Origin: an uncultured bacterium
Lineage (GTDB): Bacteria; Margulisbacteria; WOR-1; CAVSGV01
Assembly (NCBI GenBank): GCA_963699255.1
Contig: OY969425.1
Coordinates: forward strand, 646,070 to 710,069
Length of the DNA stretch: 64,000 nucleotides
Reading direction: 5' to 3'
Numbering within the stretch: the stretch's first letter is position 1; each line of letters begins with the position of its first letter. Shown piece by piece: positions 40,779-51,756 of the stretch. The notes under the pieces were generated by a model, which saw only the letters and a program-made list of their open reading frames with translations, was not told where the DNA came from and made no database searches. The translations under genes and the position numbers were made by a program.

Positions 40779-42068
40779 TTACCCCTCTTTTTCAACGTCC
40801 TCATCGCCAACGGCATCTTCTTTTGCTTCTTCCGCTTTTTTCTCTTCCGGGGCCTCTTCCGCTTTTTCCTCTTTTACCTCTTCCGTAACTTCCTCTTTTT
40901 TGACTTCTTTAGTTTTTTTGACCTTTTTCTCTTCTTTTGCCTCTATTACATCTTCCACTTTTTCCCCTTCATTAACTTCTTTAACCTCTAGCTCTTTTAG
41001 CTCCTCTTTTGCTTTCTTCTCCTCTTTCGCCTTCTTCTGCCCTTCCTCTGATAATATGTCTATTTTCCATCCGGTCAGTTTTGCGGCAAGCCTGACGTTC
41101 TGGCCCTCTTTCCCTATGGCGAGGGAAAGCTGGCTTTCCGGAAGGATAACGTGCGCTATATTTTCCGCCGTATTGAGGTCTATTTTCGTCACCTTGGCCG
41201 GAGAAATAGCATTTGTGATGAAAGTTTTAATGTCCTCGCTCCACTCGATAACGTCTATTCTCTCGTTGCCCACTTCCCTGACGATATTCTGTATCCTTGC
41301 CCCCATATGGCCTATGCAGGTCCCGACGGCCCCCACATTCTTGTCTTTTGACATCACGGCGACCTTCGCTCTCCTGCCGGGTTCCCTCACTATCCCTTTG
41401 ATCTCGATCGTCCCCTGCAGAACTTCCGGGATCTCCAGCTCGAAGAGCTTCTTAAGGAAATTCGGGTGCGCCCTGGAAATGGATATGACGGGACCCCTGG
41501 GCGTTTTTTTTGTCTCAAGCACCAGCACCTTTATCCTGTCCTTGGGCCTGTAGTTCTCCCCGGGTATGCTCTCCGAAAAAGGAAGGAGCGTTTCAACTTT
41601 GCCGAGATTGATCAGGTAGCCGTTCGCTTCTTTCCTCTGCACGATCCCTCCAAGGAGCTCGCCCTGTTTCTTTACATACTCCTCGTATGCGCCCTCTTTT
41701 TCAGCTTCCCTTATCCTCTGGATGATCACCTGTTTTGCGGTCTGCGCGGCGAGGCGGCCGAAACCCGAAGGCGTGACGTCTATTTTTACCTCATCCCCCA
41801 CCTTCGCGTCTTTTTTTATTTTCACCGCTTCTTTTTTGGATATCTCAAGGAGGCTGTCCTTGACCTTCATCACGACGGTCTTCCTTGCGAGTATCATGAA
41901 CGTCCCGTCCTCCTCCATGGAGGATTCCAGGTTTTCCGCGTGCTCGAGCTTCTTCTTGGACGCGGAAAGCAGAGCGGCGGACACCGCGTCTATAAGGACC
42001 TTTTTGTCCACGTTGCGCTCTTTCTGGATCTCTTCAAGCGCCCTGTTGAACCCTTCTATTTTGATCAT
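40779..42068 (-). CDS. nusA: transcription termination/antitermination factor NusA with a Lys/Glu-rich C-terminal tail
   Basis: S1 and two KH domains. Start at MIKIEGF (ATG at 42068) with GGAGGA upstream. About 90 aa of KE-rich low-complexity tail. Confidence 0.9.
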   Translation of the reverse strand: MIKIEGFNRALEEIQKERNVDKKVLIDAVSAALLSASKKKLEHAENLESSMEEDGTFMILARKTVVMKVKDSLLEISKKEAVKIKKDAKVGDEVKIDVTPSGFGRLAAQTAKQVIIQRIREAEKEGAYEEYVKKQGELLGGIVQRKEANGYLINLGKVETLLPFSESIPGENYRPKDRIKVLVLETKKTPRGPVISISRAHPNFLKKLFELEIPEVLQGTIEIKGIVREPGRRAKVAVMSKDKNVGAVGTCIGHMGARIQNIVREVGNERIDVIEWSEDIKTFITNAISPAKVTKIDLNTAENIAHVILPESQLSLAIGKEGQNVRLAAKLTGWKIDILSEEGQKKAKEEKKAKEELKELEVKEVNEGEKVEDVIEAKEEKKVKKTKEVKKEEVTEEVKEEKAEEAPEEKKAEEAKEDAVGDEDVEKEG

Positions 42069-42283
42069 ATTTTCCTCCAATATTACTTTAAATAAAAAAG
42101 AGTGGCGTTCTTCCACTCTCTGCTGCAGTACCTATTTCTTCTTAGCCGTGTAAATATAGCACGATCGAGCCTGTCTGGCAAGGTCAATTGAGATGAAATT
42201 TTCACCCGTTTTTGACGATATAAGCGCACAAGGCGAGGAGATCTTAAAGCCCAAGATCAATGGGGTCAAAGGGGGAATAAAAC

Positions 42284-43321
42284 ATGGGCATGGAAATAAG
42301 AAGAGTTCAGCGTTTTTTCAATAAGATAACCGCTGGCATGAATGCCGGAGTCCATAACGCTCGAGCCGACGCTTATTATAAACAAGGAAAATTGGATAAT
42401 GCGATATTTGAGCGCAAAAAAGCCATAGAGTTCAAACCGAATCGTGTAGAGTTTCACGCCAACTTAGCTTCTCTTTATGAAGAATGTGGAAAATCATATG
42501 AAGCAATAGTTGAATACAATAAAACCTTGGGGGTTGACCCGAATTTTCCGAACGCTAACTACCAGTTAGGCCGTCTTTGTTGCCAGAAAGGAAGATTAAC
42601 TGAGGCGATCCCGGCTCTCGAAAAAGACATTAAGAGCAATCCGGATCACGCGGAAGCTTACGCCTGTTTAGGTATCGTTTATGAACAACAGGGGCCATTA
42701 TACATGGCAATATTTAATTACGAAAAAACCCTGGAGATCGACCCGAATTTTCCGAACATTAACTACCAGTTAGGCCGTCTTTGTTGCCATGAGGGAAGAT
42801 TAACTGAGGCAATCCCGGCTCTCGAAAAAGACATAGAGAGCAATCCGGATCACGCGGAAGCTTACACCTGTTTAGGTCTCGTTTATGGACAATTGGGGGA
42901 ATTTGACGATGCAATATCAAAGCTCAAAAAAGCGATAGAGCTTAAGCCGGATCTTGCAAGACCCCACTTTAATTTAGGTTGTATATATTATCAAAAGGGG
43001 GAATTGTATAAGGCCGAGCTTGAATTTACAATAGCCATCCAAATTGACCCTGATTATTATGAGCCTCCTCTCCAAGTCTCAGGTGCCGGACATTTTGATT
43101 ATGCATACCGTATAAATAATTACCACACGCATCTAACGGAAGATATCATTGCTTCTAAATTTGGAACGGAAAACGCCATGACGATCGAGCCGAGTCATGT
43201 AAATAAACATCGCAATCCGCGAAATGTTTCTGCCGAAGTGTCACTTATTTTAAAAAGAAGAGCGGGTTTAACGGCAAACGGCTCACAGATCGTTCATCGA
43301 TCCAGTGCGGTAACCGCCTAG
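42284..43321 (+). CDS. tetratricopeptide repeat protein
   Basis: Multiple 34-aa TPR units (AEAYACLGIVYEQQG, NYQLGRLCC... repeated). Confidence 0.7.
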   Translation: MGMEIRRVQRFFNKITAGMNAGVHNARADAYYKQGKLDNAIFERKKAIEFKPNRVEFHANLASLYEECGKSYEAIVEYNKTLGVDPNFPNANYQLGRLCCQKGRLTEAIPALEKDIKSNPDHAEAYACLGIVYEQQGPLYMAIFNYEKTLEIDPNFPNINYQLGRLCCHEGRLTEAIPALEKDIESNPDHAEAYTCLGLVYGQLGEFDDAISKLKKAIELKPDLARPHFNLGCIYYQKGELYKAELEFTIAIQIDPDYYEPPLQVSGAGHFDYAYRINNYHTHLTEDIIASKFGTENAMTIEPSHVNKHRNPRNVSAEVSLILKRRAGLTANGSQIVHRSSAVTA

Positions 43322-44092
43322 GTCGATGGTCACGAATTTGTAGCCCAGATCCCTGAACTTCCTGTCTATCCTGTCCGCTATCCCGTCCTCGACAAGCGAC
43401 GGCAGATCGCTCTTGTCCACTTCTATCCTGGCAAGATTCCCGTGATGGCGGACCCTTACCTGCGTCAAACCCAGGCTTCTCAGGAATTTCTCGCCTCTAT
43501 CGATCCTTTTCAATATCTCCTTCGTTATCCTTGTTCCGCAAGGTATCCTAGACGCCAGGCATGCAAGCTGGGGTTTGTTCCAGGTGGGGAGTTTGAGTTC
43601 CTTTGAAAGTTTCCTGATGTCCTCTTTGGTGAAACCGGCTTCCCTCAACGGGCTTCTTATTCCATGTTTTTTTGACGCGTTCTCTCCCGGCCTGAAATCG
43701 GACAGATCGCTCACGTTAGAGCCGTCAGCGATGTATTTTATGCCTTCTTTCTTGGCGACCGCGCGGAGTTGCGAAAAAAGCTCATCCTTGCAGTAGTAGC
43801 AGCGCTCGGGCGGGTTTGAAAGGAACCTTTCATCATTGAATTCTTTTGTGCGGATAAGCTTATGTCTAATCCCGAGATTCCTGGCGAATTTTACGGCTGC
43901 CCTGCCCTCGACTTGCGGATACGTTTCAGACCCGGCGATGACGGCCAGCACCCTGCCGCCCAGAACATCATGAGCCACCTTCAGGAGGAGGCTTGAGTCA
44001 ACGCCGCCGGAAAATGCAACAAGGAGACTCCCGTATTTCCCGAGAATCTCCTTGAGCTTATCGTATTTCGATCGAATTACCGAGAAGGACAC
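43283..44092 (-). CDS. larE: PP-loop ATP pyrophosphatase, LarE-like sacrificial sulfur transferase family
   Basis: SGGVDSS PP-loop; matches TIGR00268-like architecture. No larA/B/C in the window. Confidence 0.7.
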   Translation of the reverse strand: MSFSVIRSKYDKLKEILGKYGSLLVAFSGGVDSSLLLKVAHDVLGGRVLAVIAGSETYPQVEGRAAVKFARNLGIRHKLIRTKEFNDERFLSNPPERCYYCKDELFSQLRAVAKKEGIKYIADGSNVSDLSDFRPGENASKKHGIRSPLREAGFTKEDIRKLSKELKLPTWNKPQLACLASRIPCGTRITKEILKRIDRGEKFLRSLGLTQVRVRHHGNLARIEVDKSDLPSLVEDGIADRIDRKFRDLGYKFVTIDLGGYRTGSMNDL

Positions 44093-44613
44093 TATTTGCC
44101 CTTTTTCTTCGCTTTTACTGTCTGAGCAGGAGCTTTTATTACCGCTGCGTTGCGTTGATTTTGCATCTGCTGCATTCGGTTCATCGCCCTTGTCTTACGG
44201 TCAGCGTTGATCTGCTGCATCTTCGTTTTCTGATCCGCCGTTAATACGTTACTCGCATCCTTTGCCGCAGAAAGCCTGTTCAGTATTATCTGAGGCCTGA
44301 CATTTTCAAGGTCGCGGACCTTTGATGCGACCTGATCATAATCAGGATTATCCGCCCTCACAAGATCCCTTATTGACTTTGTCAGGTCGTCCCTTTGCTT
44401 AATAAGATCGGCATTTTGCTTTTTCAGATTGTCCCTGATGCTGTTCAATTTTACGACCTGATCGTTCGTCAGGCCGAGCTGGTCCTTTACCGAGACATAT
44501 CTGGCAGTGTTATCGGTAGCTATAGCCACCGAATCGTCAACCATGTCCTGAGCGAACGAGGCAAACCCCAATAGCAACAACATGCAAACAGATAAAACCA
44601 TGTATCTTTTCAT
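44092..44613 (-). CDS. periplasmic Spy/CpxP/ZraP-family LTXXQ-motif protein
   Basis: Signal peptide plus LTNDQ (LTXXQ) motifs and a helical K/Q-rich sequence. Confidence 0.55.
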   Translation of the reverse strand: MKRYMVLSVCMLLLLGFASFAQDMVDDSVAIATDNTARYVSVKDQLGLTNDQVVKLNSIRDNLKKQNADLIKQRDDLTKSIRDLVRADNPDYDQVASKVRDLENVRPQIILNRLSAAKDASNVLTADQKTKMQQINADRKTRAMNRMQQMQNQRNAAVIKAPAQTVKAKKKGK

Positions 44614-44771
44614 TTTTTCACCTCCTCGTTCTTTATATATTTTTCGGGATTCCTGTCAAATTCCTTCTTGCATGTGGCCGAGCAGAAAAAATAATTCCTG
44701 CCCTTGTAAAAGGTCTTCTGCGTCACTTTTTTCTCGTCCACATCCATTCCGCAAACGGGATCTTTGGCCAT
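44610..44771 (-). CDS. YHS/TRASH-domain small protein (unannotated in the ORF track, 53 aa)
   Basis: Translation MAKDPVCGMDVDEKKVTQKTFYKGRNYFFCSATCKKEFDRNPEKY. The stop overlaps the downstream ATG (ATGA). Confidence 0.65.
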   Translation of the reverse strand: MAKDPVCGMDVDEKKVTQKTFYKGRNYFFCSATCKKEFDRNPEKYIKNEEVKK

Positions 44772-44783
44772 AAATAAAACCTC

Positions 44784-45107
44784 TTATTTGCTTTTTTTTA
44801 TCATGCCCTTATGCATCATTCCCTTCTCTTTCATCATATCCTGCATCATTGAAGGGTTCTTTTCCATTTTCTCCATCATCATTTCGCATTTCGCGCATTT
44901 CTCTCCCATCATGCCCCTGCCCATCATTCCATAATGTCCTCTTCCCGTTGCCCCTAATACAAGGACCATTACGGCAATAAGCGCGACAAGAACGGCTATT
45001 ATCTGGCCCGCGAGCTTCATGTTCCCGGATTCTTTATTTGCGAGGGCAAGCACTATGTATGCAAAAGCGAGGATGAATATCACTAATGTGATCATTCCAT
45101 ATATCAT
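44784..45107 (-). CDS. methionine-rich small membrane protein, putative Cu(I)-binding
   Basis: Two TM helices, then MxxM/MMxxM motifs (GMMGRGMMGEKCAKCEMMMEKMEKNPSMMQDMMKEKGMMHKGM). Confidence 0.5.
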   Translation of the reverse strand: MIYGMITLVIFILAFAYIVLALANKESGNMKLAGQIIAVLVALIAVMVLVLGATGRGHYGMMGRGMMGEKCAKCEMMMEKMEKNPSMMQDMMKEKGMMHKGMIKKSK

Positions 45108-45109
45108 TC

Positions 45110-47335
45110 TTATTCACCTCCCCTTACAGAAAACTTATACCTTCTCATTAAAAGCGCATTGGCAACGACCGAAACAGAGCTGAATGCCATTGCGGTGCCA
45201 GCAATTATAGGATTAAGCAGGAATCCTGTAAAGGGGTAAAGTAATCCGGCCGCGACGGGGATGCCTACGATGTTATAAATGAACGCCCAGAACAATCCCT
45301 GCTTTATCTTTCTCATGGTGTAACCGGAGAGGTCTATGGCCATCGCCACGTCCCTTAGATCCCCTTTTATCAGGACTATATCGGCCGATTCTATCGCCAC
45401 GTCGGTCCCGGAACCTATTGCTATACCCACATCGGACTGCGCGAGCGCGGGAGCGTCATTTATCCCGTCGCCCACCATTGCGACGATGTTCCCTTCGCTC
45501 TGAAGTTTTTTTATCCGGTCTGATTTATCGGCGGGAAGGACATCGGAGATGATCCCGTCCGCGCCGACCAGCCTGCCGATCGCCTGCGCCGTCCTGGAAT
45601 TATCGCCCGTGATCATCATCACCTTCTTGCCTGTCCTGTGAAGCATTTCAACTGCCGGTATCGAGCTTTCCTTCAAGGTATCGGCGACCGCGATAAGTCC
45701 GGCGGCTTTCCCGTTCACGGAGACGATCATCGTCGTCTTGCCCTGGTCTTCGAGTTCCTCCAGCTTTAAAGAAATAGAGGAGATATCGATATTCCTCTCC
45801 GACATCAGCTTCCTGTTGCCGAGAAGCACCCGTTCACCCCGTAAACTGATCTCAACGCCCTTCCCGGAGATCGAATTGAACGATTCAGGGTCGGGAACAT
45901 CTATATTGAGAGATCTTGCCCTGCTCATGATCGCTTCCGCAAGCGGATGCTGGCTGCGCTTCTCGGCGGCCGCGGCATACATTATGATATCCCTGCCCCC
46001 GGGCGCTGTTATTTCATCAGTTACTTCCGGCCTGCCGTTGGTAAGCGTACCGGTCTTGTCAAAAACCACGGTATTCAATTTCTGCGCGATCTGAAGCGCC
46101 TTCGCGTTCTTTATGAGTATCCCCATCTGGGCCCCCATGCCCGCTCCCACCATGACCGTGATCGGCGTCGCAAGTCCCAGAGCGCACGGACATGAAATAA
46201 CAAGAACCGTTATGAGGATGGAAAGCGCAAAGATAAAACTCTGTCCCAGAAGCATCCACACGACAAGCGAGGCCAGCGCAAGAGCTACGACGGACGGGAC
46301 AAAATAAGCCGCTATCGTGTCGGCGAGGTCCTGGATCGGCGCCTTGCTTGTCTGCGCTTCCTCAACTATCTTTATTATCTGGGCGAGAAGCGTTTCTGAC
46401 CCGACCTTGGTGGCTTTGAAGGCGAACGAACCCGTCTTATTCATCGTAGCGCCGATGACCTTGTCGCCGGCCTTTTTCTCGACGGGTATGCTCTCTCCCG
46501 TCACCATGGATTCGTCCACGCTTGAATTGCCGCCGGTCACCGTTCCGTCAACGGGTATTTTCTGCCCGGGCTTCACCACGACCGTGTCCCCCGGCACGAC
46601 ATCTTCAATGGGGATCTCGGCTTCTCCGGAGCCCCTCATGACAAGGGCCGTCTTTGGCCTGAGCCCGATGAGCTTTCTTATCGCGTCAGACGTCCTTCCC
46701 TTCGCGATGGCTTCGAACAATTTGCCGAGCAGGATAAAGGTGATAAGGAACGCGGAGGTTTCATAATAAAGATCGCGGCCCAGCACCGGATGCCCCGACC
46801 ATATAAAAACGGAAACGATCACGCTGTAAACATACGCCGCCCCCACGCCGAGAGCGACGAGAGTGTCCATGTTGGAGACGCGCATTTTAATGAGGGTGAA
46901 CAAGCCTCTCGAGAAGAATATCCCTCCCGCAAACATGACGGGCGTCGCGAGCAGGAACTGTATCAGCGCCATGTTATCCTCAAGGAACTTCGGCAGGGTG
47001 AACATGAAAGAGAACATATATATCAGAAGAGGTATGCTGAAGATGAGGGAGACGATGAACCTGTTCCTGAGGTTCTTTATGACCGCTTCCCGTGCCTGCC
47101 TTCCCGCATCGCCGGAAATTCCTTTTTCCTCGACGGGAGTATAGCCTTCTTCCCGGATGTCCGCCTTGATCCTGTCAATGGTCACCCTGTCAGGATCATA
47201 GGTGATCTTCGCTTTTTCATTGACCTGAAGGTCGCGGGATATTATGCCGGGCAGTCTGTCCAGGACTCCGCCTACAATGCCGACGCAGTGGGCATTATCC
47301 ATGCCGATGACCTTAAGTTCTACCGAGACGCTCAT
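45110..47335 (-). CDS. copA: copper-translocating P1B-type ATPase
   Basis: CPC transmembrane motif, [13 protein letters not shown]. The N-terminal HMA domain has a degenerate metal site (GMDNAHC instead of GMxCxxC). Confidence 0.9.
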   Translation of the reverse strand: MSVSVELKVIGMDNAHCVGIVGGVLDRLPGIISRDLQVNEKAKITYDPDRVTIDRIKADIREEGYTPVEEKGISGDAGRQAREAVIKNLRNRFIVSLIFSIPLLIYMFSFMFTLPKFLEDNMALIQFLLATPVMFAGGIFFSRGLFTLIKMRVSNMDTLVALGVGAAYVYSVIVSVFIWSGHPVLGRDLYYETSAFLITFILLGKLFEAIAKGRTSDAIRKLIGLRPKTALVMRGSGEAEIPIEDVVPGDTVVVKPGQKIPVDGTVTGGNSSVDESMVTGESIPVEKKAGDKVIGATMNKTGSFAFKATKVGSETLLAQIIKIVEEAQTSKAPIQDLADTIAAYFVPSVVALALASLVVWMLLGQSFIFALSILITVLVISCPCALGLATPITVMVGAGMGAQMGILIKNAKALQIAQKLNTVVFDKTGTLTNGRPEVTDEITAPGGRDIIMYAAAAEKRSQHPLAEAIMSRARSLNIDVPDPESFNSISGKGVEISLRGERVLLGNRKLMSERNIDISSISLKLEELEDQGKTTMIVSVNGKAAGLIAVADTLKESSIPAVEMLHRTGKKVMMITGDNSRTAQAIGRLVGADGIISDVLPADKSDRIKKLQSEGNIVAMVGDGINDAPALAQSDVGIAIGSGTDVAIESADIVLIKGDLRDVAMAIDLSGYTMRKIKQGLFWAFIYNIVGIPVAAGLLYPFTGFLLNPIIAGTAMAFSSVSVVANALLMRRYKFSVRGGE

Positions 47336-48297
47336 ATGGAAAGTTTTTCAGCTAGCTCCAGTACGGACCTGTCTATGGTCTTTTTCACTCTCACCGCTCT
47401 GGCAAAATCGGTCGCCACTATCTTCCCGTTCTGCATCCCGACAAGCTTGTTCCTGCTGCCTTTGAGGAGCAGCTCGACGGCCGCAGATCCGAGCTTGCAG
47501 GCAAGCGCCCTTGATTCTGCGGACGGGGACCCGCCTCTTTGAATGTGCCCGAGCACCGTTACCCGGACGTCCACTTTAAGTTTCTTTAAAATGTACTCCC
47601 CGAGAACATGCCCCCTGCACACGCCCTCCGCGGTCACGATAATGCTGCTGTGCTTTCCCCTGTCCATGCCTTCCCTCAGCCTTTTGCAGACCCTGTCAAA
47701 ATCGCATTTTACTTCCGGCACCAGTATTATCTCCGCTCCCGCTCCAAGCCCCACTTCAAGAGCGATGAAGCCGTTGTCCCGGCCCATCACCTCGATGATG
47801 AATATCCTCTCGTGGGACGCCGCGGTGTCGCGGATCTTGTCTATCGCGTCAAGGGCCGTATTGACCGCCGTATCGAACCCTATCGTCGAATCAGTGCACG
47901 GAATGTCATTGTCAATGGACGCGGGAACCGCCATCGAAACGATGCCAAATTCTTTTTGAAGGTCGTACGCGCCGCCCAGAGAGCCGTTGCCGCCTATGAT
48001 TATCAAAGCGTCTACATTGTGGTCCTTAAGCTGCCTTGCCGCGATCCTCCTGAAGGATTTCTTCTTGAATTCCGGGCATCGGACGGTATGAAGTATGGTT
48101 CCTCCCCTGTTCAATATACCTGAAACGGATTTAAGGTCCATAGAGTGGATATCGCCGCCGATAAGCCCCGCATATCCGCGATCTATGCCCATAACACGGA
48201 GCCCGTGAAAGATCGCCGTTCTTACGACAGCCCTTATAGCAGTGTTCATTCCGGGGGCATCTCCTCCCGGGGTAACGACGCCGATTGTTTTTATCAT
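47332..48297 (-). CDS. pfkA: ATP-dependent 6-phosphofructokinase
   Basis: 321 aa; GGDGS, MGR and the GDAPGMN N-terminal motif. Confidence 0.9.
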   Translation of the reverse strand: MIKTIGVVTPGGDAPGMNTAIRAVVRTAIFHGLRVMGIDRGYAGLIGGDIHSMDLKSVSGILNRGGTILHTVRCPEFKKKSFRRIAARQLKDHNVDALIIIGGNGSLGGAYDLQKEFGIVSMAVPASIDNDIPCTDSTIGFDTAVNTALDAIDKIRDTAASHERIFIIEVMGRDNGFIALEVGLGAGAEIILVPEVKCDFDRVCKRLREGMDRGKHSSIIVTAEGVCRGHVLGEYILKKLKVDVRVTVLGHIQRGGSPSAESRALACKLGSAAVELLLKGSRNKLVGMQNGKIVATDFARAVRVKKTIDRSVLELAEKLSI

Positions 48298-49733
48298 ACA
48301 GACACCTTCCCTTCGGTAACTATCTTGATCGAATGATAGATTATATCAAGCATTCCGCTTAAATCCACGTTCGAAATGCAGAACGGAGGCATAATAACGA
48401 TAATGTCCGAGAGAGGCCGTATTATCAGACCGCGCTTCCTCGCTTCCATTATCACATTGATGCCGATCTTTTCGGACACTCGGTATTCTTTCTTAGTTCT
48501 CTTATCCTTTACAAGCTCTATTCCCGCAAGGAAGCCGCACTGGCGCACGTCTCCTACATGATTAAGCTTGCGGAATCCCCTGAGCTTTTCGGCCAGCAAT
48601 CTTATCTTTGGCTGCAACTTTTGCAGCGTTCTCTCTTTACTGAAAACATCTATCGACGCTATTGCCGCGGCGCACCCGAGGGGATTCCCGGTGTAGGTGT
48701 GTCCGTGATAAAAAGTCCTGTGGCTCTCCTGCGTGCCAAGGAAAGCCTTGAATATTTTTTCCGTTGTCAGGGTCGCGGCAACAGGAAGATACCCACCGGT
48801 CAGGCCCTTAGCGACGATCATTAGATCGGGCTTCACGCCTTCGTGCTCACAGGCGAACATTTTGCCGGTCCTTCCAAATCCCATCGCAACTTCATCGACT
48901 ATCATCAGAATATTGTATTTCGTGCAAAGTTTTCTTATCCCCTTAAGATACCCTTTCGGATACACAAGAATTCCCGCCGCCGCCTGGACAAGCGGCTCCA
49001 CTATCATCGCGGCGATCTCCTTGTGATGAGCTTTCATTATCGTTTCAACCGCTTTCAAACACTTCATCTCGCACTTCGCATCCCTGCCCGCCGAAGCCTT
49101 GGCGTAGGCGGGTCGCATCTCACATCTGTAGCAATACGGTGTCGGCGCCTTGAACGATCTGAAAAGCAGCGGTTTATACATCTTATGGAACAGGTCGATC
49201 CCCCCGACCGAAACGGACCCGATGGTGTCCCCATGATATGCGTTAACCAGAGTTAAGAACTTTGTCTTGAATTTGGGATTTTGAAATTGTTTAGGATTTC
49301 GGATTTCGGATTTCGGATTTTTTCTCTGCTGCCAATATTGGAACGCCATCTTTAACGCTATCTCGACGCCTTCCGATCCCGAATCAGAATAAAAAACCCT
49401 GGTCAACCCTTTCGGCGCAAGTTCGATGATCTTTTCGGCAAGCAAGGTTGCCGGAACATTCGATAATCCGAGCATCGTCGAATGCGCGATCTTGTCGATC
49501 TGTTTTTTTACCGCCCTGTCGATGGCCGGATGCCTGTGGCCGTGAACATTCACCCAGAGGGAAGAAACGCCGTCGATGTACCATTTGCCGTCAATGTCCT
49601 TGATCCACGCGCCCCGGCCTTCCTCAATGATAAGCGGCTCTTCTTTCATCCAATCCCGCATCTGAGTGAAAGGATGCCAGATATACTTATGATCAATATC
49701 TTTCAATATATTTTGTTTCATGGTTGTCTCCAA
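48294..49733 (-). CDS. bioA: adenosylmethionine-8-amino-7-oxononanoate aminotransferase (carries a ~20 aa in-frame insertion encoded by (TCCGAAA)x4)
   Basis: Class III aminotransferase; PLP-lysine region DEVAMGFGRTGKMFA. The insertion KNPKSEIRNPKQFQNPKFKTK has no counterpart in typical BioA. Confidence 0.9.
   Translation of the reverse strand: METTMKQNILKDIDHKYIWHPFTQMRDWMKEEPLIIEEGRGAWIKDIDGKWYIDGVSSLWVNVHGHRHPAIDRAVKKQIDKIAHSTMLGLSNVPATLLAEKIIELAPKGLTRVFYSDSGSEGVEIALKMAFQYWQQRKNPKSEIRNPKQFQNPKFKTKFLTLVNAYHGDTIGSVSVGGIDLFHKMYKPLLFRSFKAPTPYCYRCEMRPAYAKASAGRDAKCEMKCLKAVETIMKAHHKEIAAMIVEPLVQAAAGILVYPKGYLKGIRKLCTKYNILMIVDEVAMGFGRTGKMFACEHEGVKPDLMIVAKGLTGGYLPVAATLTTEKIFKAFLGTQESHRTFYHGHTYTGNPLGCAAAIASIDVFSKERTLQKLQPKIRLLAEKLRGFRKLNHVGDVRQCGFLAGIELVKDKRTKKEYRVSEKIGINVIMEARKRGLIIRPLSDIIVIMPPFCISNVDLSGMLDIIYHSIKIVTEGKVSV
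49293..49324. repeat. heptanucleotide array (TCCGAAA)x4 (coding strand) inside bioA
   Basis: Plus strand AGGATTTCGGATTTCGGATTTCGGATTTT. Confidence 0.6.
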
Positions 49734-49796
49734 AACGGAAAGCGTTATGCGGTAGCGTCCTCATTCCCCACACGCCACCCCTGAACACAAGACGCT

Positions 49797-50456
49797 TTAC
49801 ATCAATTTCTCCAATATCTTCTGCGCCCTGATCTGCTTCAAAAGCTCCTTGAAAGAGCTTTTCGCGCGGATCATGCCTATCACCGGTACGCCGGAAAGCT
49901 CCTCGATGACCTGTTTATTGGTCTTCTGGGAAGGCTCCCTGCCGTTAAAGCCGTTCATGATGATGCCGGCGATCCTGATCTTCCTTTTCCTCAGCGCATC
50001 AATCGTCATCAAAGTATGATTAATGGTGCCAAGCCCTGCCCTGGTTATTATGATCGCCGGAATACCCAGGTCTTTTATCATATCCGCGATATAATAGTCC
50101 CTTTTAACAGGCGCAAGCGCCCCGCCGAGGCCTTCCACAAAGACCAGTCCCCGGCCGTTCTTGAGTTTTTGGACGTTCTTTTTGATCCTGTTCATATCGA
50201 TGCTGATCTTTTCGGCCTTCATCGCCGCGTAAGGGGATAAAGGCTGCCTGAATTTCACCGGATTGATCGAATCGATGGTGTCCTTGAGGTCCAATTTTGC
50301 TCTGTAAAATCGCGCGTCCTCGATCCCTCCGCAGGATATCGGCTTGCTTATGCCGATCATAAAGCCGTTTGACTGCGCGACATATCCCAGCCCCGCTGTT
50401 ATGAACGTTTTGCCGACCTCGGTGTCTGTACCCGTAATGAAATACGCTTTAGACAA
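49797..50456 (-). CDS. bioD: dethiobiotin synthetase
   Basis: 219 aa; P-loop GTDTEVGKT. Confidence 0.9.
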   Translation of the reverse strand: MSKAYFITGTDTEVGKTFITAGLGYVAQSNGFMIGISKPISCGGIEDARFYRAKLDLKDTIDSINPVKFRQPLSPYAAMKAEKISIDMNRIKKNVQKLKNGRGLVFVEGLGGALAPVKRDYYIADMIKDLGIPAIIITRAGLGTINHTLMTIDALRKRKIRIAGIIMNGFNGREPSQKTNKQVIEELSGVPVIGMIRAKSSFKELLKQIRAQKILEKLM

Positions 50457-50551
50457 AATATTCCCTCGTCTCGGAGCCTGAGGCTGAACGCCTCGGCTCC
50501 ATGTTATTATGATAGGTCCAACTAGATCTAGTTACGCCCATATGACAAATT

Positions 50552-50598
50552 GGAACCGCGACTTTCCTTACCGCCTCTGGCGGTAGTCGCAGATTCCT
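50552..50598. repeat. REP-like GGAACC palindrome with a nested inner hairpin, immediately after the bioF stop
   Basis: GGAACCGCGACT..TACCGCCTCTGGCGGTA..AGTCGCAGATTCC. Confidence 0.45.
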
Positions 50599-51755
50599 AG
50601 CCAAGAAATTCACCTTTCATTTCATCAAGCAGGTCCGCAAGCTTATTGATATCTTCTTTTGTGTGTTTGGCCGTTACGCTCAATCTGAGGCGCGAAGTCC
50701 CCTCAGGCACGGTCGGCGGCCTGATAGCGGAAAGGAGTATCCCTTTATCATACAGGAACTCCGATGCTTTCATGGCTTTCTTGGCATCCCCGACGAATAT
50801 CGGTATTATCTGGGTGGTGGATCCCATGGTATTCAGTGCCATCCGGGCCAGCCTTTTCTTAAGGTACGCGATGTTGTTCCATATGGCCCTGCGGAAAGAG
50901 TCGTCCTTCCTTATTATTTCCAGCGCGGCTATGGATGCCGCGGTAACGGCAGGCGGCAGCGCGGTGGTATATATGAAAGACCTGGCCTTGTTCTTAAGAT
51001 ATTCGATAAGTTTGCTCGTCCCGGATACGAATCCGCCCAGCGACCCGACCGCCTTGCTCAGCGTCCCCATTATGATCATGTCCCTTTTTGCCGCGGGATA
51101 CTTCATCTCAAGAGGCAGGATGCCCGTCGAATGAGCGGTATCAATCATCAGCATGGCGTTATACTTTTTCGAAAGGGCGGCAAGCTCATACAGCGGCGCC
51201 ACGTCGCCGTCCATGCTGAACACATGGTCGGTCACGATAAGTATCCTCCGGAAGTTATTCGCCTTAGCCAGTATCTTCTCAAGCCGGTACATGTCCCTGT
51301 GGGGATATACCAGCAGTTTCGCCCCCGAAAGCCTGGCGCCGTCTATGATGCTCGCGTGGTCGAGGCGGTCTATGATGACGGCATCGTCTTTCCCGACAAG
51401 CGCCTGTATGGTCCCCATGTTAGCCATGTAACCGCTGGGAAATACTATGGATGCTTCCGTGTTCTCGTACGCCGAGTATCTCGTATTCCAGTTCTTCATG
51501 TATGGCGTAGTTGCCGGAGACAAGCCGCGATGCTCCCGCGCCGACGCCGTGCGTCTTAAGGACTTCTATCGCCTTTTCGATCACTTTCGGATGGCTGGAA
51601 AGGCCAAGGTAGTCGTTCGAGCAGAAATTTATCAGCTGCTTCCCCTTAATGACGACCTTTGAATCAAGCCCTTCTTCTATGGCTTTCAGCGTCCTGTATA
51701 GATCGTTCTTTTTTATTTCATTAAGCTCCTCGTTGATGAAATCCATCCTTGCCAT
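50597..51755 (-). CDS. bioF: 8-amino-7-oxononanoate synthase, interrupted by a single-base frameshift near 51470
   Basis: The N-terminal ORF 51420..51755 (…SGNYAIHEELEYEIL) and the C-terminal ORF 50597..51523 (…AYENTEASIVFPSGYMAN…PLP lysine GTLSKAVG) lie in adjacent frames. Together they form a complete BioF. Confidence 0.8.
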
Positions 51756-51756
51756 G

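Noticed and set aside
39646-41553. 635-aa ORF on the plus strand opposite infB/nusA
   Set aside because: It is an S/T/F-rich low-complexity translation of the antisense strand of two well-supported genes and has no motifs. It is a shadow ORF. The same applies to 17467..18906 (opposite secA), 21992..22984, 24168..24842, 35379..36215, 46790..47542, 50663..51559 and 56110..57000.
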